57,085 nucleotides of DNA from IMG/VR virus record IMGVR_UViG_3300023105_000039, positions 1-57,085 of that record; one strand, given 5' to 3'. Position numbers and translations under genes: made by a program. Origin of the DNA: a virus (lineage: Duplodnaviria; Caudoviricetes). This document shows, in pieces, positions 15,307-25,155 of this stretch; position 1 is the stretch's first letter; each line of letters starts with the position of its first letter. A model generated the notes under the pieces. It did no database searches. It worked only from the letters and a program-made list of their open reading frames with translations, and was not told the DNA's origin.

Positions 15307-15768
15307 TCAAACGTTTTTGATCAAACTTGTGGGATGCCAGACTTCTCTGTTCTTATGCCACTTGCAGGGTCTATCTCCATAATCGGAGGGTGCCTTGAGC
15401 CACCTTACAAGTGAGAAGTCTGTCTTTAGTTTTGTAATCTTCGCGCCGAACTTCTGGTAAGAATAGGCTGTGTTGTAACTAAAGAACTGCTTGATTAGTT
15501 CGTCTTCTACGTTTGGTTTGTTTCTCTGGATCTGTTCTCGAATACCTTGAGTTGCGTCTGTTCGTAGAGTCCAAAGCATACTGAAGTTATTATCGCCGTG
15601 GAACATGTATTCTGGATGCTTGCGGTCATACAACTTATGCCAAGCGTCTACGAGATCGAACTCTGCATAAAAGTTCACATCTTTTACACGTTCTAAGACA
15701 AGTCCTTGTCCTTTGATGTTTCTCCTACTCATGCAGACAAGAGAGCCTGCGTCAATTCGTTTGGCCAT
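15307..15768 (-). CDS. hypothetical protein (SH3-like ends around an insert)
   Basis: GSLVC...GLVLE...LVRWL. Confidence 0.65.
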   Translation of the reverse strand: MAKRIDAGSLVCMSRRNIKGQGLVLERVKDVNFYAEFDLVDAWHKLYDRKHPEYMFHGDNNFSMLWTLRTDATQGIREQIQRNKPNVEDELIKQFFSYNTAYSYQKFGAKITKLKTDFSLVRWLKAPSDYGDRPCKWHKNREVWHPTSLIKNV

Positions 15769-16008
15769 TTAATCTCCTTTGGCTTTGCTGATTACGACGA
15801 AGCCGTCGTGAATCATGTGTAACATTTGGTGTAGGTTGTTGTCTATTCTCAACACAACAACGTTTAGTGGGTCGGTGCTTGAGACTTCTATAATGATTCC
15901 TTTTGCCCAGACAGCATCCACAGGGTAGATGCCGCCTGCGTCGTCTGCCTCAAACACACGATAATCAACAATCCATTTTACTAAGTCGCCGGGGTGGAGT
16001 TCTTGCAC
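15769..16008 (-). CDS. SH3-like microprotein (PGDLVKW variant)
   Basis: LHPGDLVKW...GIIIEV...FVVISKA. Confidence 0.65.
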   Translation of the reverse strand: MQELHPGDLVKWIVDYRVFEADDAGGIYPVDAVWAKGIIIEVSSTDPLNVVVLRIDNNLHQMLHMIHDGFVVISKAKGD

Positions 16009-16020
16009 ATAATAATTATG

Positions 16021-16284
16021 CTACTCGTCAGCAGAAAGAACTTTTGACAGTTCGTCAAATCCGCCGACAAGATCTTCTATGTATTCTGGGTCATGTGGTG
16101 GTCCAATCCAAGTAAGTTTTGTAATGATTGGATAAGTCTTCCATTTGAAGAGTTCCTTTTGCCACTCTCGATAATCCTTTGACCAATCCATCATTACCCA
16201 AGCGTAGTCAACGTCCTTTTCCATACATAGCGCCTGTGCTTTGAGGCAGTAGGGACAATCGGAGACTCCATAGATCATAAACAT
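16021..16284 (-). CDS. glutaredoxin
   Basis: CPYC, TYPII, VGGFDEL. Confidence 0.9.
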   Translation of the reverse strand: MFMIYGVSDCPYCLKAQALCMEKDVDYAWVMMDWSKDYREWQKELFKWKTYPIITKLTWIGPPHDPEYIEDLVGGFDELSKVLSADE

Positions 16285-16406
16285 TACCAGTCTCCGTCGT
16301 AATCACTCTCGTCGTCCCACTCCCAAGCGAGCCCCTCGTCAAAGGGGTTCTCGCACTCCATGCCCTCATGCATGGAAACGAATGCGGTGTGGTCGTAGTC
16401 AGTCAT
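16284..16406 (-). CDS. small acidic peptide (40 aa, not in track)
   Basis: MTDYDHTAFVSMHEGMECENPFDEGLAWEWDDESDYDGDW; GGAGG RBS; TAATG coupling. Confidence 0.55.
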   Translation of the reverse strand: MTDYDHTAFVSMHEGMECENPFDEGLAWEWDDESDYDGDW

Positions 16407-16438
16407 CTGTCCTCCTGTGTTGTGTCAGTGACGTGTAT

Positions 16439-16467
16439 AATCTAACCGAGGGATCACCTGCTGTCAA
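16439..16467 (-). promoter_or_regulatory. sigma70-type promoter
   Basis: TTGACA-17-TAGATT; GATC in spacer. Confidence 0.8.
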
Positions 16468-16489
16468 GCAGAGAAAGTTAACACCAAAC

Positions 16490-17491
16490 TCAACTTGGCA
16501 ATCCAAAGTAATTATTCAATTCATAGTTGATTTCTTGTAGTGAAAGCGCCTGAACATACGCAACATTGTTAAAGTGAACTGAGAAGTCAATAGCCTTCAT
16601 TGCCTCTTTAACGTCTTGTCTTGGGATATCAAAGTACATGGTAGTTGTCTTTGCTTCATATTCTTGGTTTGGATCTAAGTCTTCACACTTACCACACGAA
16701 TGTCCAAAGACAATCATCTGAAAGTTAGCGCCTGTGATTTTGTCGGGACGCTTTTGCATAACTTTTTCGTAAACTTCCTTCTCGAATTTTATTGTCTGGT
16801 CATCGACAACGTGATAAAGTTCTTCAGTTACCTTTCTGAATACCGCAACCTCTTTTTTCTTTGGCTGCATCTTAGAAACCAAACCGTGGTCTTTGACCTT
16901 AAACTTGGGACGCTTATGTTTTTCTCGCTTCCAAATCTGAAAGACCGTATTCAGAACATCCTTCTTTGATTCTTCTTCATCGTCTGATCTGTAAAAGCAG
17001 TTCTTTGGCAACTCAATGTCAGATACAAGATGAAAATTCTTGTTCAAACTGTTTTGGGTTGACCATTTTCTCCAAGACTTTGGGATCAAATAGCAAATGT
17101 ATTCGCAATGACCTGCTGCGTGCTCAAAGAACTTCTTTGCTAATGAACTTGCCCTACCGAACGGCGGGTTTGTTATTGAAACCAAATCAGTCCTATCAAA
17201 TTGAGTTTCAAGATAGTCTGCCTTCTTCACAAGAGGATGCTTTGGCTCAATGTCATAAGATAAGATGTTCTTGTCTTCAATACCAATACGATGAAAGCCT
17301 TTGATAAACTCTCCGGTTCCGCCGCAAGGCTCAAGAATAGTACGACCTGAAAGGTCGATGTACTTGCGAACCTCATCTAAGCAAAGATCAACAACCTCGG
17401 GGGTGGTGTAATATTGTTCCTTGCCAGTTGTTCTTGTGTTGGCATACGACTGCTTGTCTTTGTGCCCTGCTTTCACATTATTGGACATCAA
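16490..17491 (-). CDS. N6-adenine/N4-cytosine DNA methyltransferase
   Basis: QYYT, ILEPCGGTGEF (motif I), ITNPPFG (motif IV). Confidence 0.85.
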   Translation of the reverse strand: MMSNNVKAGHKDKQSYANTRTTGKEQYYTTPEVVDLCLDEVRKYIDLSGRTILEPCGGTGEFIKGFHRIGIEDKNILSYDIEPKHPLVKKADYLETQFDRTDLVSITNPPFGRASSLAKKFFEHAAGHCEYICYLIPKSWRKWSTQNSLNKNFHLVSDIELPKNCFYRSDDEEESKKDVLNTVFQIWKREKHKRPKFKVKDHGLVSKMQPKKKEVAVFRKVTEELYHVVDDQTIKFEKEVYEKVMQKRPDKITGANFQMIVFGHSCGKCEDLDPNQEYEAKTTTMYFDIPRQDVKEAMKAIDFSVHFNNVAYVQALSLQEINYELNNYFGLPS

Positions 17492-18042
17492 ATCAGATCT
17501 CCTTGCTGATCATTATGAATACATTCCCATTCAGAAAAATTATCTGTTCTAGTATTTTTAAGCAGCCGAACACCTCTGAGTTCATCGGTTCCAACGTGCT
17601 CAAGAACTTTATTGGTTGAATGCATAGTTAAACACTCAGCGTCCCATTCTTTTCTAGTTTTCCTCCAAATTCTAATGTGGTTTGGATAGAATCCAACTAG
17701 TGCAACTTCATCCCAGCCTTTCTGCTTTGGTCGCAATTGATTGAACCAAAGTTGCTCTTTAAGAAAGCCACGCTTTGTATATTCAAGATCTGCCTTAGAA
17801 GCCTTGACTTCCGATTTAATCCAACTATCTGATGAAGATTGCCTATACATGAGATCGCCTTGATCAGAAATTATAATAACTTCATAACCTAGACTTTCAA
17901 GGTATTTTTTGTACGCATTTGTGCCATGCGAACCTTTGGAATAATTATTATTCAAAAACCAGTTTTCATGTTTAGAGTCCGTCCATAATTCTGGTATTGT
18001 AGAGATGCTTGAATTTATCTCTTCTGTCATGTCAATGATCAT
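17488..18042 (-). CDS. putative PD-(D/E)XK restriction-type endonuclease
   Basis: LESLGYEV...GDL...SEVKAS...FNQLRP; AT-rich; overlaps MTase start. Confidence 0.55.
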   Translation of the reverse strand: MIIDMTEEINSSISTIPELWTDSKHENWFLNNNYSKGSHGTNAYKKYLESLGYEVIIISDQGDLMYRQSSSDSWIKSEVKASKADLEYTKRGFLKEQLWFNQLRPKQKGWDEVALVGFYPNHIRIWRKTRKEWDAECLTMHSTNKVLEHVGTDELRGVRLLKNTRTDNFSEWECIHNDQQGDLI

Positions 18043-18045
18043 TGT

Positions 18046-18309
18046 TCACTCCTTTAGTCTTGTTTTGAGTATCTTGGCTCGGTGACGACCGCCCTGTAGG
18101 ACGACCACCACGTCACACTTAGAATATAACACGTTGCGTAGTGTTGTCAAGTCAGGATCGACCCATCCGTTCTCGGTCTGGAGCATCACACGACTCTGCC
18201 CTCGGTTTGCGAGACGGATCGCATCACGATAAGCGGCAGCCAACGACGAGTACACGCCGTGGAAGGTGTCGTCCCCGTCAAAGAGACAGTAGGTATAAAT
18301 CTTGGTCAT
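18046..18309 (-). CDS. hypothetical protein
   Basis: 87-aa ORF, ATGA coupling. Confidence 0.65.
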   Translation of the reverse strand: MTKIYTYCLFDGDDTFHGVYSSLAAAYRDAIRLANRGQSRVMLQTENGWVDPDLTTLRNVLYSKCDVVVVLQGGRHRAKILKTRLKE

Positions 18310-18536
18310 TTACCACACGCTTTACACCTCGATGCAAACTTCTTTCGCTTTTCTTTCATACCTATTTTTATTTTTTTAAAGTTCTCGACCCTATCCTTGA
18401 CCACTTTGCCGTTGTGGAGTGCCTTGATGTGTGTGCCTGTGTAGGCACCGCAGAGAACGATTGCCTGCGAGGGCACATAGAAGATGTATTCGCCGGGGTG
18501 TGGCTTGTCTTCGTCTGTAATGTCGTAGAATTCCAT
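18306..18536 (-). CDS. hypothetical protein
   Basis: 76-aa ORF, C-terminal CKAC. Confidence 0.65.
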   Translation of the reverse strand: MEFYDITDEDKPHPGEYIFYVPSQAIVLCGAYTGTHIKALHNGKVVKDRVENFKKIKIGMKEKRKKFASRCKACGK

Positions 18537-19456
18537 TAATCGTCCAAGGTCATAGATTGGTCGTAGGCTTTGTACTTTAGTTTGGTTAGTGTGTCGAGGA
18601 GTTCGTTTCTTCTCAACAACTTGAAGGCAATGTTCTCGGGGCTGAATTCCATTTCCTCTGTTTCGAGCCCTGCTTGCCTCATAGAGCGGATTTTATTTTT
18701 GATCCTATCAACGTGTCGCATAACTTTTTCAAACTCGCCAGAGTTGAACAGACGCTCCACAGAGGCTATTTGTTGCTCTATGTCGGAAGCCTTTTTCTTG
18801 GCTGTCTCCAAGTCAATAGAGCGATCAATCTGTTCGGGGTGCTGAACCCACTCGTCGTTCATTACGGAGTAGATTCCAGAAGAAGAATGTTCTTCGTCTA
18901 TGTCCTCAACGTAGAGTTCTACATCATAGCCCTTGATCTTTATGTTGTGTAGTTCGTTCCAGCGTAGGCGCTTGGAATCAAACATTTCTTTTACAAGATC
19001 TTTGTTATCGTCAATGTCTGTAAAGTCTACGACTATGTGTAGGTCTATGTCGGAATACTTTGACCAGTTGTAGTTTGCGAGAGAGCCTGTGAAGCGAACG
19101 TCTTTGATCTCAACAGGGAACGGAAGGTTATCAACAAAGTCCTCTGCGATCTCCATTAGACGCTCTTTGATGTGTGGCTTGAGTTCGTCACCATTCCAAA
19201 GGCGTGGCTCTAACTGATCGTTCATTGGGAAGCCTTCGGGATCAACCTCAAGGACTTCTTCAAAGCGATACTTATCAGTTCCGAAAGAAACCTTGCCTTT
19301 GTAGGGGTCGCTCGCAATCTGGCTTTTAATGCCTTGCTTGCCGGTGTACATCTTGCCGTTACGCTTGCGTTGGTTTTTCAACTGACGCTGCGCTGCGTTA
19401 CCCATAATTTGTGATGGCTCTGGTCGCTTACGCTGGTCCACTTTCTTCTGGCTCAT
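18536..19456 (-). CDS. Pol-beta-superfamily nucleotidyltransferase
   Basis: FTGSLANYNWSKYSDIDLH (GS...DxD) and VELYVED. Confidence 0.8.
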   Translation of the reverse strand: MSQKKVDQRKRPEPSQIMGNAAQRQLKNQRKRNGKMYTGKQGIKSQIASDPYKGKVSFGTDKYRFEEVLEVDPEGFPMNDQLEPRLWNGDELKPHIKERLMEIAEDFVDNLPFPVEIKDVRFTGSLANYNWSKYSDIDLHIVVDFTDIDDNKDLVKEMFDSKRLRWNELHNIKIKGYDVELYVEDIDEEHSSSGIYSVMNDEWVQHPEQIDRSIDLETAKKKASDIEQQIASVERLFNSGEFEKVMRHVDRIKNKIRSMRQAGLETEEMEFSPENIAFKLLRRNELLDTLTKLKYKAYDQSMTLDD

Positions 19457-19799
19457 TCTTCTTTACCTCTCCTGTCGCAGTGTAAATAGTCTGTCGTCCG
19501 TCATCATAGGTGATAATTGTTCCGTTTGTTGGGTGGGAACTGACGTGAATCTTGATAAAGTCGTCAAAATTATCAAAGAAAGCAATGCTTCCTCTTGGTG
19601 CTGGCGTGAGCCAGTGGATAACAGTGTGTCCTGTTGCGAACACACAGCCTTCAATTACGACACCTTCACCAGAGATTCCTGTTTCGTCACTTTGACGACA
19701 AACGGTAAAGGTAGTCATGCCCTGCTGGGCTTTGTTGGTCAACTTCTTAGGCTTGAGGTTTTCTACCTCGGTGTTGACAGCCTCTGCTGTTTCTGACAT
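19428..19799 (-). CDS. hypothetical phage protein
   Basis: R..DETGISGEGVVIEG..F..G..VIHW. Confidence 0.7.
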   Translation of the reverse strand: MSETAEAVNTEVENLKPKKLTNKAQQGMTTFTVCRQSDETGISGEGVVIEGCVFATGHTVIHWLTPAPRGSIAFFDNFDDFIKIHVSSHPTNGTIITYDDGRQTIYTATGEVKKNEPEESGPA

Positions 19800-20041
19800 T
19801 AGGCTTCTCCTGCTGGTTTTGCCTTCATTAGTTCATCAATAAAATAGTTGTCTAGTGCGTCTTGTAGCGCATTCTCGGATTCTATTTCATCTTCGCACAT
19901 TTCCATTTGTTTTTCTTTGTGCTTCTCAACCATTAGTTCGATCACTTTTAGTCTCTCACGAATGGTTTTGAGGTTTACGTCAATCGTTTCTATTCTGCCC
20001 GTTACTTCTTCGTAGGGGCAATCTTTCTTCTTGTCGTCCAT
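19799..20041 (-). CDS. hypothetical coiled-coil protein (likely start 20041)
   Basis: GGAG RBS before MDDKKKDC. Confidence 0.6.
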   Translation of the reverse strand: MDDKKKDCPYEEVTGRIETIDVNLKTIRERLKVIELMVEKHKEKQMEMCEDEIESENALQDALDNYFIDELMKAKPAGEA

Positions 20042-20045
20042 AGGG

Positions 20046-20786
20046 TTACTCCTTGAAAATTTCAGCCCAATCAATAGCCCAAGTGGGAACAATGATCACA
20101 AAGTTGTTTAGAATCTGGGTTCCTTCCTTTGTTCTTCCCACATCAAGAGCCATTACAATTCCGATTAGACTTCCCTTCTCGTCAAACACGCCAGATCCAG
20201 ACGCGCCAGACCAAGCGTAAGATTGCAAGATTAAATAGTCAGGACCAGCCCCAGCGATAGTTCCTACCCATGTTGTCGGTCCCGTACTATTAGGATAACC
20301 CGTGTAGTAAGCCTTGTCAAGGATGTTGAAACTCTTTCTTGGGTTTGCTAATGCTCTTGGGATCTTGACTGCTTTTCTTGTCGGCATTTCCTCAACCTCG
20401 ATCACGGCATAGTCAACTTTTCTATCTATGTAAAGCAAATCAATACAATTGACCTGAGAATCCAAGTAAGAGATCTTGATTCCTACGCACTCACCGATAA
20501 TTCCGTGGGCGGAGGTCAAGACATAGAAGCGATTGTTGTAGGTTATGTAGGTTCCGCTCAAGGCAGAGAGCGCGAACACCTCTCCACCAAGCGAGAACAC
20601 CTGAACGACCGATTCTGTTGATCTTGTAACGGCTTTCTTCTCATTGATTGTGTAGGAACTGGACATTCCTTCTGTTGTGTGAAAGCCTTTTGGCGAGACA
20701 GGAACATAGAACAAATGTGCTGCAAGCATCGCCCCCGTAAAGATTCCAGCCAACATGACTTTGAAGGCGGTGCTTAGTGATTTCAT
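20046..20786 (-). CDS. trypsin-like serine protease with N-terminal membrane anchor
   Basis: VLTSAH, DYAVI, SGASGSGVFD...LIGIV catalytic triad. Confidence 0.85.
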   Translation of the reverse strand: MKSLSTAFKVMLAGIFTGAMLAAHLFYVPVSPKGFHTTEGMSSSYTINEKKAVTRSTESVVQVFSLGGEVFALSALSGTYITYNNRFYVLTSAHGIIGECVGIKISYLDSQVNCIDLLYIDRKVDYAVIEVEEMPTRKAVKIPRALANPRKSFNILDKAYYTGYPNSTGPTTWVGTIAGAGPDYLILQSYAWSGASGSGVFDEKGSLIGIVMALDVGRTKEGTQILNNFVIIVPTWAIDWAEIFKE

Positions 20787-20795
20787 TCTGTTCTC

Positions 20796-23714
20796 CTAGA
20801 CTTGGCGCTGGTAAGAAATGAACACTGGAACTTCCTCAACTCCTGCTTTGATTGCGTAGCGCAAATCATCCTCATTTCCAGTTATCTTTGCTCTCCCGTT
20901 CTTGCCGATCGCTAAGTAAATAGGATCGCGAGGTCCGTTTTTGATAAAGTTTTCATAACCTGCGTCAAAGTGGTGTCCGTGCTTGCGTGCCTCGCGACCG
21001 CATAGGTGCTCCAAGTCAGCCACCGGCATCATCACGCTGTAACGTGTTAGGTTGATGTTGGTTGGCTGGTCGTACATAACCCCACCCTCAACCCAGTCGT
21101 CAATTAGACCTTGGATTGTTGGTCTTGGTGTTGTTCTCGGAGCGGACGGACGCTGTGAATAAGCAGCGTAGTATTCCTCAAGCCTTTGCTTGCTGTTGGA
21201 AACCAAGTCGGCACGCTCAACTTTGTGAATGCGAATGTCCGAACTAATCTTGTGGATCTGTGGTAAGAGAACTTGCTTGACCCATTCGTTTCTTGGCGTC
21301 TGCCCTTGTAGAGCAAACTTTAGACGCTGTAAAGATACGGTTCTGTTGGCTTGTGTTCTCTTTGTTTCACCGACGGTTCTAACGGTCGTCACATCAGGGA
21401 TCGCACGAACGATGTTGTGAATGTCGGTCATTTCATAGCCTTGACCGAGAGGGTAGGACATAACAAAGTCAATCTCGTAGAGACGAACGTCAAGTGGGTT
21501 TGCTCTCGCTTCCTCAACAGGGAGACTTGTGTCTGAACCTGTCCTCTGTTGATAGACTTCTTCTGCTTTCTTCACTTCTGCTCTAACGCCTCGCTCAAAG
21601 CCCTTGATCATTACATCAAAGTGGTTGTCATAGTATTCGATGTAAGGCCCAAGAACAGGGAAGGTGTTCTTGTCCATAATAATTGTAATCTTGTAATTGA
21701 TGGAGGGTGGTGTTCCCTTGCCTGCTGGGGTTGTGGTGATGCCGATTTGGGCATCCTGCTCTATGATCTCGAATGCCTTGTCGAAAGTATCGTCTGGGAT
21801 TTCTTTGTATTTTTCTCCAAAGTTCAGTTTCATCTGGTTTTTGGCGAAAGCCTGTGCTTGGCGGTCGTAGTTAAACACGGTGTCCAAGAACTCGCGTCTT
21901 AGTTCGTAGCCCCAGTAAGATCCATTGTGTTGCCTAAAGAGTGATCGGTTGAAGCCAACCTGTTTGAGTGCCTGCATTTGTTCTTCGGTTGCCTTGAACA
22001 AGACACCAGAGGCAAACAATTCTATTGTGCCTCTTTTTGCTTTAGTTGAGGATGCGACCGTAAAGTTGTTGAATTCTTCTTCAGCCCTATCGGCGTAGCC
22101 CTTAAGATCCGGGCGCTTTGCAAGTTTTCTTGAAACTAGAAGGTCTTCAATTGCGTCAAGCGAGTCGTCAAGATCATCTACCATCTCGTTGACGGTTTCA
22201 TACCATTCTCCGAACGCTTCTGCGTCGGTGGCGTTCAAATTATCACCAGTCCAGTCGTCAAACAATCGACCAATGTCCCAAATAACAACGTAAGTACCAG
22301 AGCCCTTGGTCAATTGCTCGCGATCTTCTCTCATTAGGCTCGACATGTTATCGGCTCTAATGAATGCCTGAGTGTAGTTGTCTGCTTTGACCAAGTAAGC
22401 ATAAGCCTGATGGTAATGATGCGCGTCTTTTATAATTTCGTTTCTATCTTCTTCCTTGAAGATCTCCATTATTGCTTCTTCTATCTCGTCAGCGAGGGCA
22501 AGGTCTGCGCTGTTTTCGGAGCCAACAGCAAAAAAAGTACGCATCGCTTCTTCAGACAAATCAAATGGGAGTTTGGAAGCAATAGAACTTACGCTGGCAG
22601 CCCACATAGGGGTGTCGCCATCATACCCGTCCATTGTGTCAATTGAAACACCATCAAAATCTACCTGCTGGAAATAATCTGATCTTTTCCAATCGTTCTC
22701 AAGGCGCTCTACTTCTTCTCTGAACTCTTCCATTCTTTTCTCGAATGAACCCTCGAAAGAAATACCGGTGTTCTCATCAAGCCATTGTCCGAGTTCTTCA
22801 AACTCTTCGGGCTCATTTGAATACTCGCCGGTTTCTGCTAACTTCTCAGCACCTGTAATCTCGATGAATGTCGCAATGTGATTCCATAGTTCTCGTGGTG
22901 GGCAAGTATTCTGGCGACCCTTGATTTGGTAGATGGTTTCGTCGTGCGCGTTGTAAGCAATAGTAACGTAAGACTTGGAGGATTTCTGTCCCGACTCTTT
23001 TTTGCGTAGTGAATAAAGTGTGCCCCGTTCATCAGTTCCGCAGTGACCCATTCTGTCGCCTTCCATTTTACACTGATAGGTGTCGAGGTCGTACCAGTAG
23101 GAGCCATCGTCAAATACGTGCATAATCTGATCTGGATCCTCACGAGTCTGCTGATAGTCAAAGCACACTTGTTCAGCCTCTATTTGATCACTCGGTGGGA
23201 TTGACTTGATCATTTCGTAGTTGTTTGGGTTCTGGTTGAGAGTAATAATAACATTCTCAATGCGACTACTAAACCAGCGCCAAATTCTCATTTCAAGATT
23301 TTTGAGACCAAGTAAAGCCTGTCTGGCTTGCTCCTCGGAGAATCCTCCCTTCTTTACAGCCTTTACAAACTGACGCTTTGCCTTTGGCCATTTAGCAGCA
23401 GGCTGCGTTGTGTAAACAGAAATCAAATTAGTCAGGAGATTGTAACCGCCTTCTTCTGGCGGCTTCTGGAATGCTCTACCGCGTTCTTCGATTATCTTAC
23501 CGGCGAGATATTCAAACCAACCATAACTGGAAAGTCTCTTTCCTTCAAGAGACTTCCAAGCATTACCAACCCACACGCGGCTTTTCTCACTTGCCTCTGG
23601 TAGTTTATCCTTGATCTCTTGTTGGATGTTTTCATCCAAACCTATGTCGGCTAGACCCTCTATTAGGATTTCTTCGTGTAAGTGCTTAAACCATTTATCA
23701 GTCGCAAAAGACAT
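20796..23714 (-). CDS. large multidomain hypothetical protein (PcfJ-like segment; C-terminal ParB-like segment)
   Basis: EGDRMGHCG...YSLR...VTI...IYQIKGRQN; C-terminal PIYL......ITGNEDDL..A...GVEEVPV. Confidence 0.6.
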   Translation of the reverse strand: MSFATDKWFKHLHEEILIEGLADIGLDENIQQEIKDKLPEASEKSRVWVGNAWKSLEGKRLSSYGWFEYLAGKIIEERGRAFQKPPEEGGYNLLTNLISVYTTQPAAKWPKAKRQFVKAVKKGGFSEEQARQALLGLKNLEMRIWRWFSSRIENVIITLNQNPNNYEMIKSIPPSDQIEAEQVCFDYQQTREDPDQIMHVFDDGSYWYDLDTYQCKMEGDRMGHCGTDERGTLYSLRKKESGQKSSKSYVTIAYNAHDETIYQIKGRQNTCPPRELWNHIATFIEITGAEKLAETGEYSNEPEEFEELGQWLDENTGISFEGSFEKRMEEFREEVERLENDWKRSDYFQQVDFDGVSIDTMDGYDGDTPMWAASVSSIASKLPFDLSEEAMRTFFAVGSENSADLALADEIEEAIMEIFKEEDRNEIIKDAHHYHQAYAYLVKADNYTQAFIRADNMSSLMREDREQLTKGSGTYVVIWDIGRLFDDWTGDNLNATDAEAFGEWYETVNEMVDDLDDSLDAIEDLLVSRKLAKRPDLKGYADRAEEEFNNFTVASSTKAKRGTIELFASGVLFKATEEQMQALKQVGFNRSLFRQHNGSYWGYELRREFLDTVFNYDRQAQAFAKNQMKLNFGEKYKEIPDDTFDKAFEIIEQDAQIGITTTPAGKGTPPSINYKITIIMDKNTFPVLGPYIEYYDNHFDVMIKGFERGVRAEVKKAEEVYQQRTGSDTSLPVEEARANPLDVRLYEIDFVMSYPLGQGYEMTDIHNIVRAIPDVTTVRTVGETKRTQANRTVSLQRLKFALQGQTPRNEWVKQVLLPQIHKISSDIRIHKVERADLVSNSKQRLEEYYAAYSQRPSAPRTTPRPTIQGLIDDWVEGGVMYDQPTNINLTRYSVMMPVADLEHLCGREARKHGHHFDAGYENFIKNGPRDPIYLAIGKNGRAKITGNEDDLRYAIKAGVEEVPVFISYQRQV

Positions 23715-23745
23715 CTATTTTCTCCTGTTTCCCAATAAATAGTTT

Positions 23746-24075
23746 CTATCTTTGATAGTCGTCTTCTAATCTCACAACATCATCAAGATGTGGAGTGCTG
23801 ACCTCCATTATCTCAACGTCGCTTTCGTTAGCGCCGAAACGATGGACCTGTAACGGATTGACGTGGAAAGACTGACCGGGCGTTAGTTTGGTGATTCCAC
23901 CACTCCCGTCATAAATGTAGAGAGTGCCCGAGACTACATAAACAGTCTCCTCTTTCACTCTATGGAATTGTAACGATAGTCTGTGTCCTGCGTTGATGTG
24001 TAGGAGTTTGCCTACATAGTTTGGTGTTTCTGCCCAGATGACCTCATGTCCCCAAGGCTTTTCTACTTTTCTCAT
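23746..24075 (-). CDS. cupin (mannose-6-phosphate isomerase type II-like)
   Basis: KPWG, LSLQFHRVKEET, HRF, EVST...DVVRLEDDY. Confidence 0.85.
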   Translation of the reverse strand: MRKVEKPWGHEVIWAETPNYVGKLLHINAGHRLSLQFHRVKEETVYVVSGTLYIYDGSGGITKLTPGQSFHVNPLQVHRFGANESDVEIMEVSTPHLDDVVRLEDDYQR

Positions 24076-24419
24076 TTGAACCTCATTTGGATGTAGATAA
24101 TTGTGGTCGCAAGTGCAACCGAAATCATGTTCTTCGGTGTGAAGAACTTTTCTCCCATGAAATACCAGAAAAGAACTGGCATTATAGCAAACGAGAGCGC
24201 AAAGATGTAGAATCTTGGAGCCCAGCCGCTCTGGAAGAATTCATAGGCATAGCGTAGCCCGTAAATGAAACATAGTGCTGACGGAATTGCTGTGCAAATC
24301 GCAATCCATAGTGTGTGTTCTCTTGCCCAATCCCAGACGAACTGAGAATAAGAACTAAACCATGTGATGCCTTGTCCGAGAATGAAAAGGCAGGTTGCGA
24401 TTGCGAGTTTGTCATACAT
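24072..24419 (-). CDS. small four-helix membrane protein (DMT/SMR-like)
   Basis: Four hydrophobic segments; FMGEKF motif. Confidence 0.6.
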   Translation of the reverse strand: MYDKLAIATCLFILGQGITWFSSYSQFVWDWAREHTLWIAICTAIPSALCFIYGLRYAYEFFQSGWAPRFYIFALSFAIMPVLFWYFMGEKFFTPKNMISVALATTIIYIQMRFK

Positions 24420-25155
24420 TGTGTAAGATTATTTCCTTAGCGTTTTGCTCGGTTGTTGTTCTGCCGTATTGATCAAGAAAAATTTTATCCCAATTTTTCA
24501 TTTTACCTAAACGTGGATGATAGTTGTAAACAAAAATTGTTGGACTATGCACAAACTTTTTCAACATCTTTGTATGCTGAAAAGGTGACTCTTCAAGACC
24601 TACGACTTGCTCTGTACTTAGAACATCATAAAAGTAATTGCCACCACTAAACAAATTAAAATCAGAATTTGATAAGGTTTGATATTCTTCGTGTTGCTGT
24701 AAAAATACGGAATGAAAATTGCCTATCTTAAAAGTCTTTAACTCGTTCAAAGATATTGGATTATAGTTTTTCGTATCGAGTTCGCCGTGTGTGATCATTC
24801 CAATTGAAGAACATCTATTTAGAAGATAAAACAATGCGCTTCTAACAAATGGATCCTTGTAAGAATACCAGTTTGTCTTTAAGATATCAAAAGTATTTTC
24901 GTTGACAACAGGAAACATTTTGTCTGCTATCAGAGAAATTTTTTTTGAGTCTTTCATGGCGTAAGTCCAAAATTCATGGACCACAATACTCTTAGTACAA
25001 CCAATAGCATATCTATCAGTTTCTGCAAGAGAGAACTCCAAAGCACCATCATAAAAAGGGTAAGTCTGGACGACGGAGCCTTTTGGAATCAATGTCTTTA
25101 GGGTTGAAAAACTATTAGTTTTGTTCTTCAGATTCTTGATTGGGCTTCGCATCAA
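24412..25155 (-). CDS. degenerate Dam-family methyltransferase-like protein
   Basis: SPI..., YPFYDGALE, RSALFYLLNRCS resemble Dam; no DPPY. Confidence 0.5.
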   Translation of the reverse strand: MMRSPIKNLKNKTNSFSTLKTLIPKGSVVQTYPFYDGALEFSLAETDRYAIGCTKSIVVHEFWTYAMKDSKKISLIADKMFPVVNENTFDILKTNWYSYKDPFVRSALFYLLNRCSSIGMITHGELDTKNYNPISLNELKTFKIGNFHSVFLQQHEEYQTLSNSDFNLFSGGNYFYDVLSTEQVVGLEESPFQHTKMLKKFVHSPTIFVYNYHPRLGKMKNWDKIFLDQYGRTTTEQNAKEIILHNV

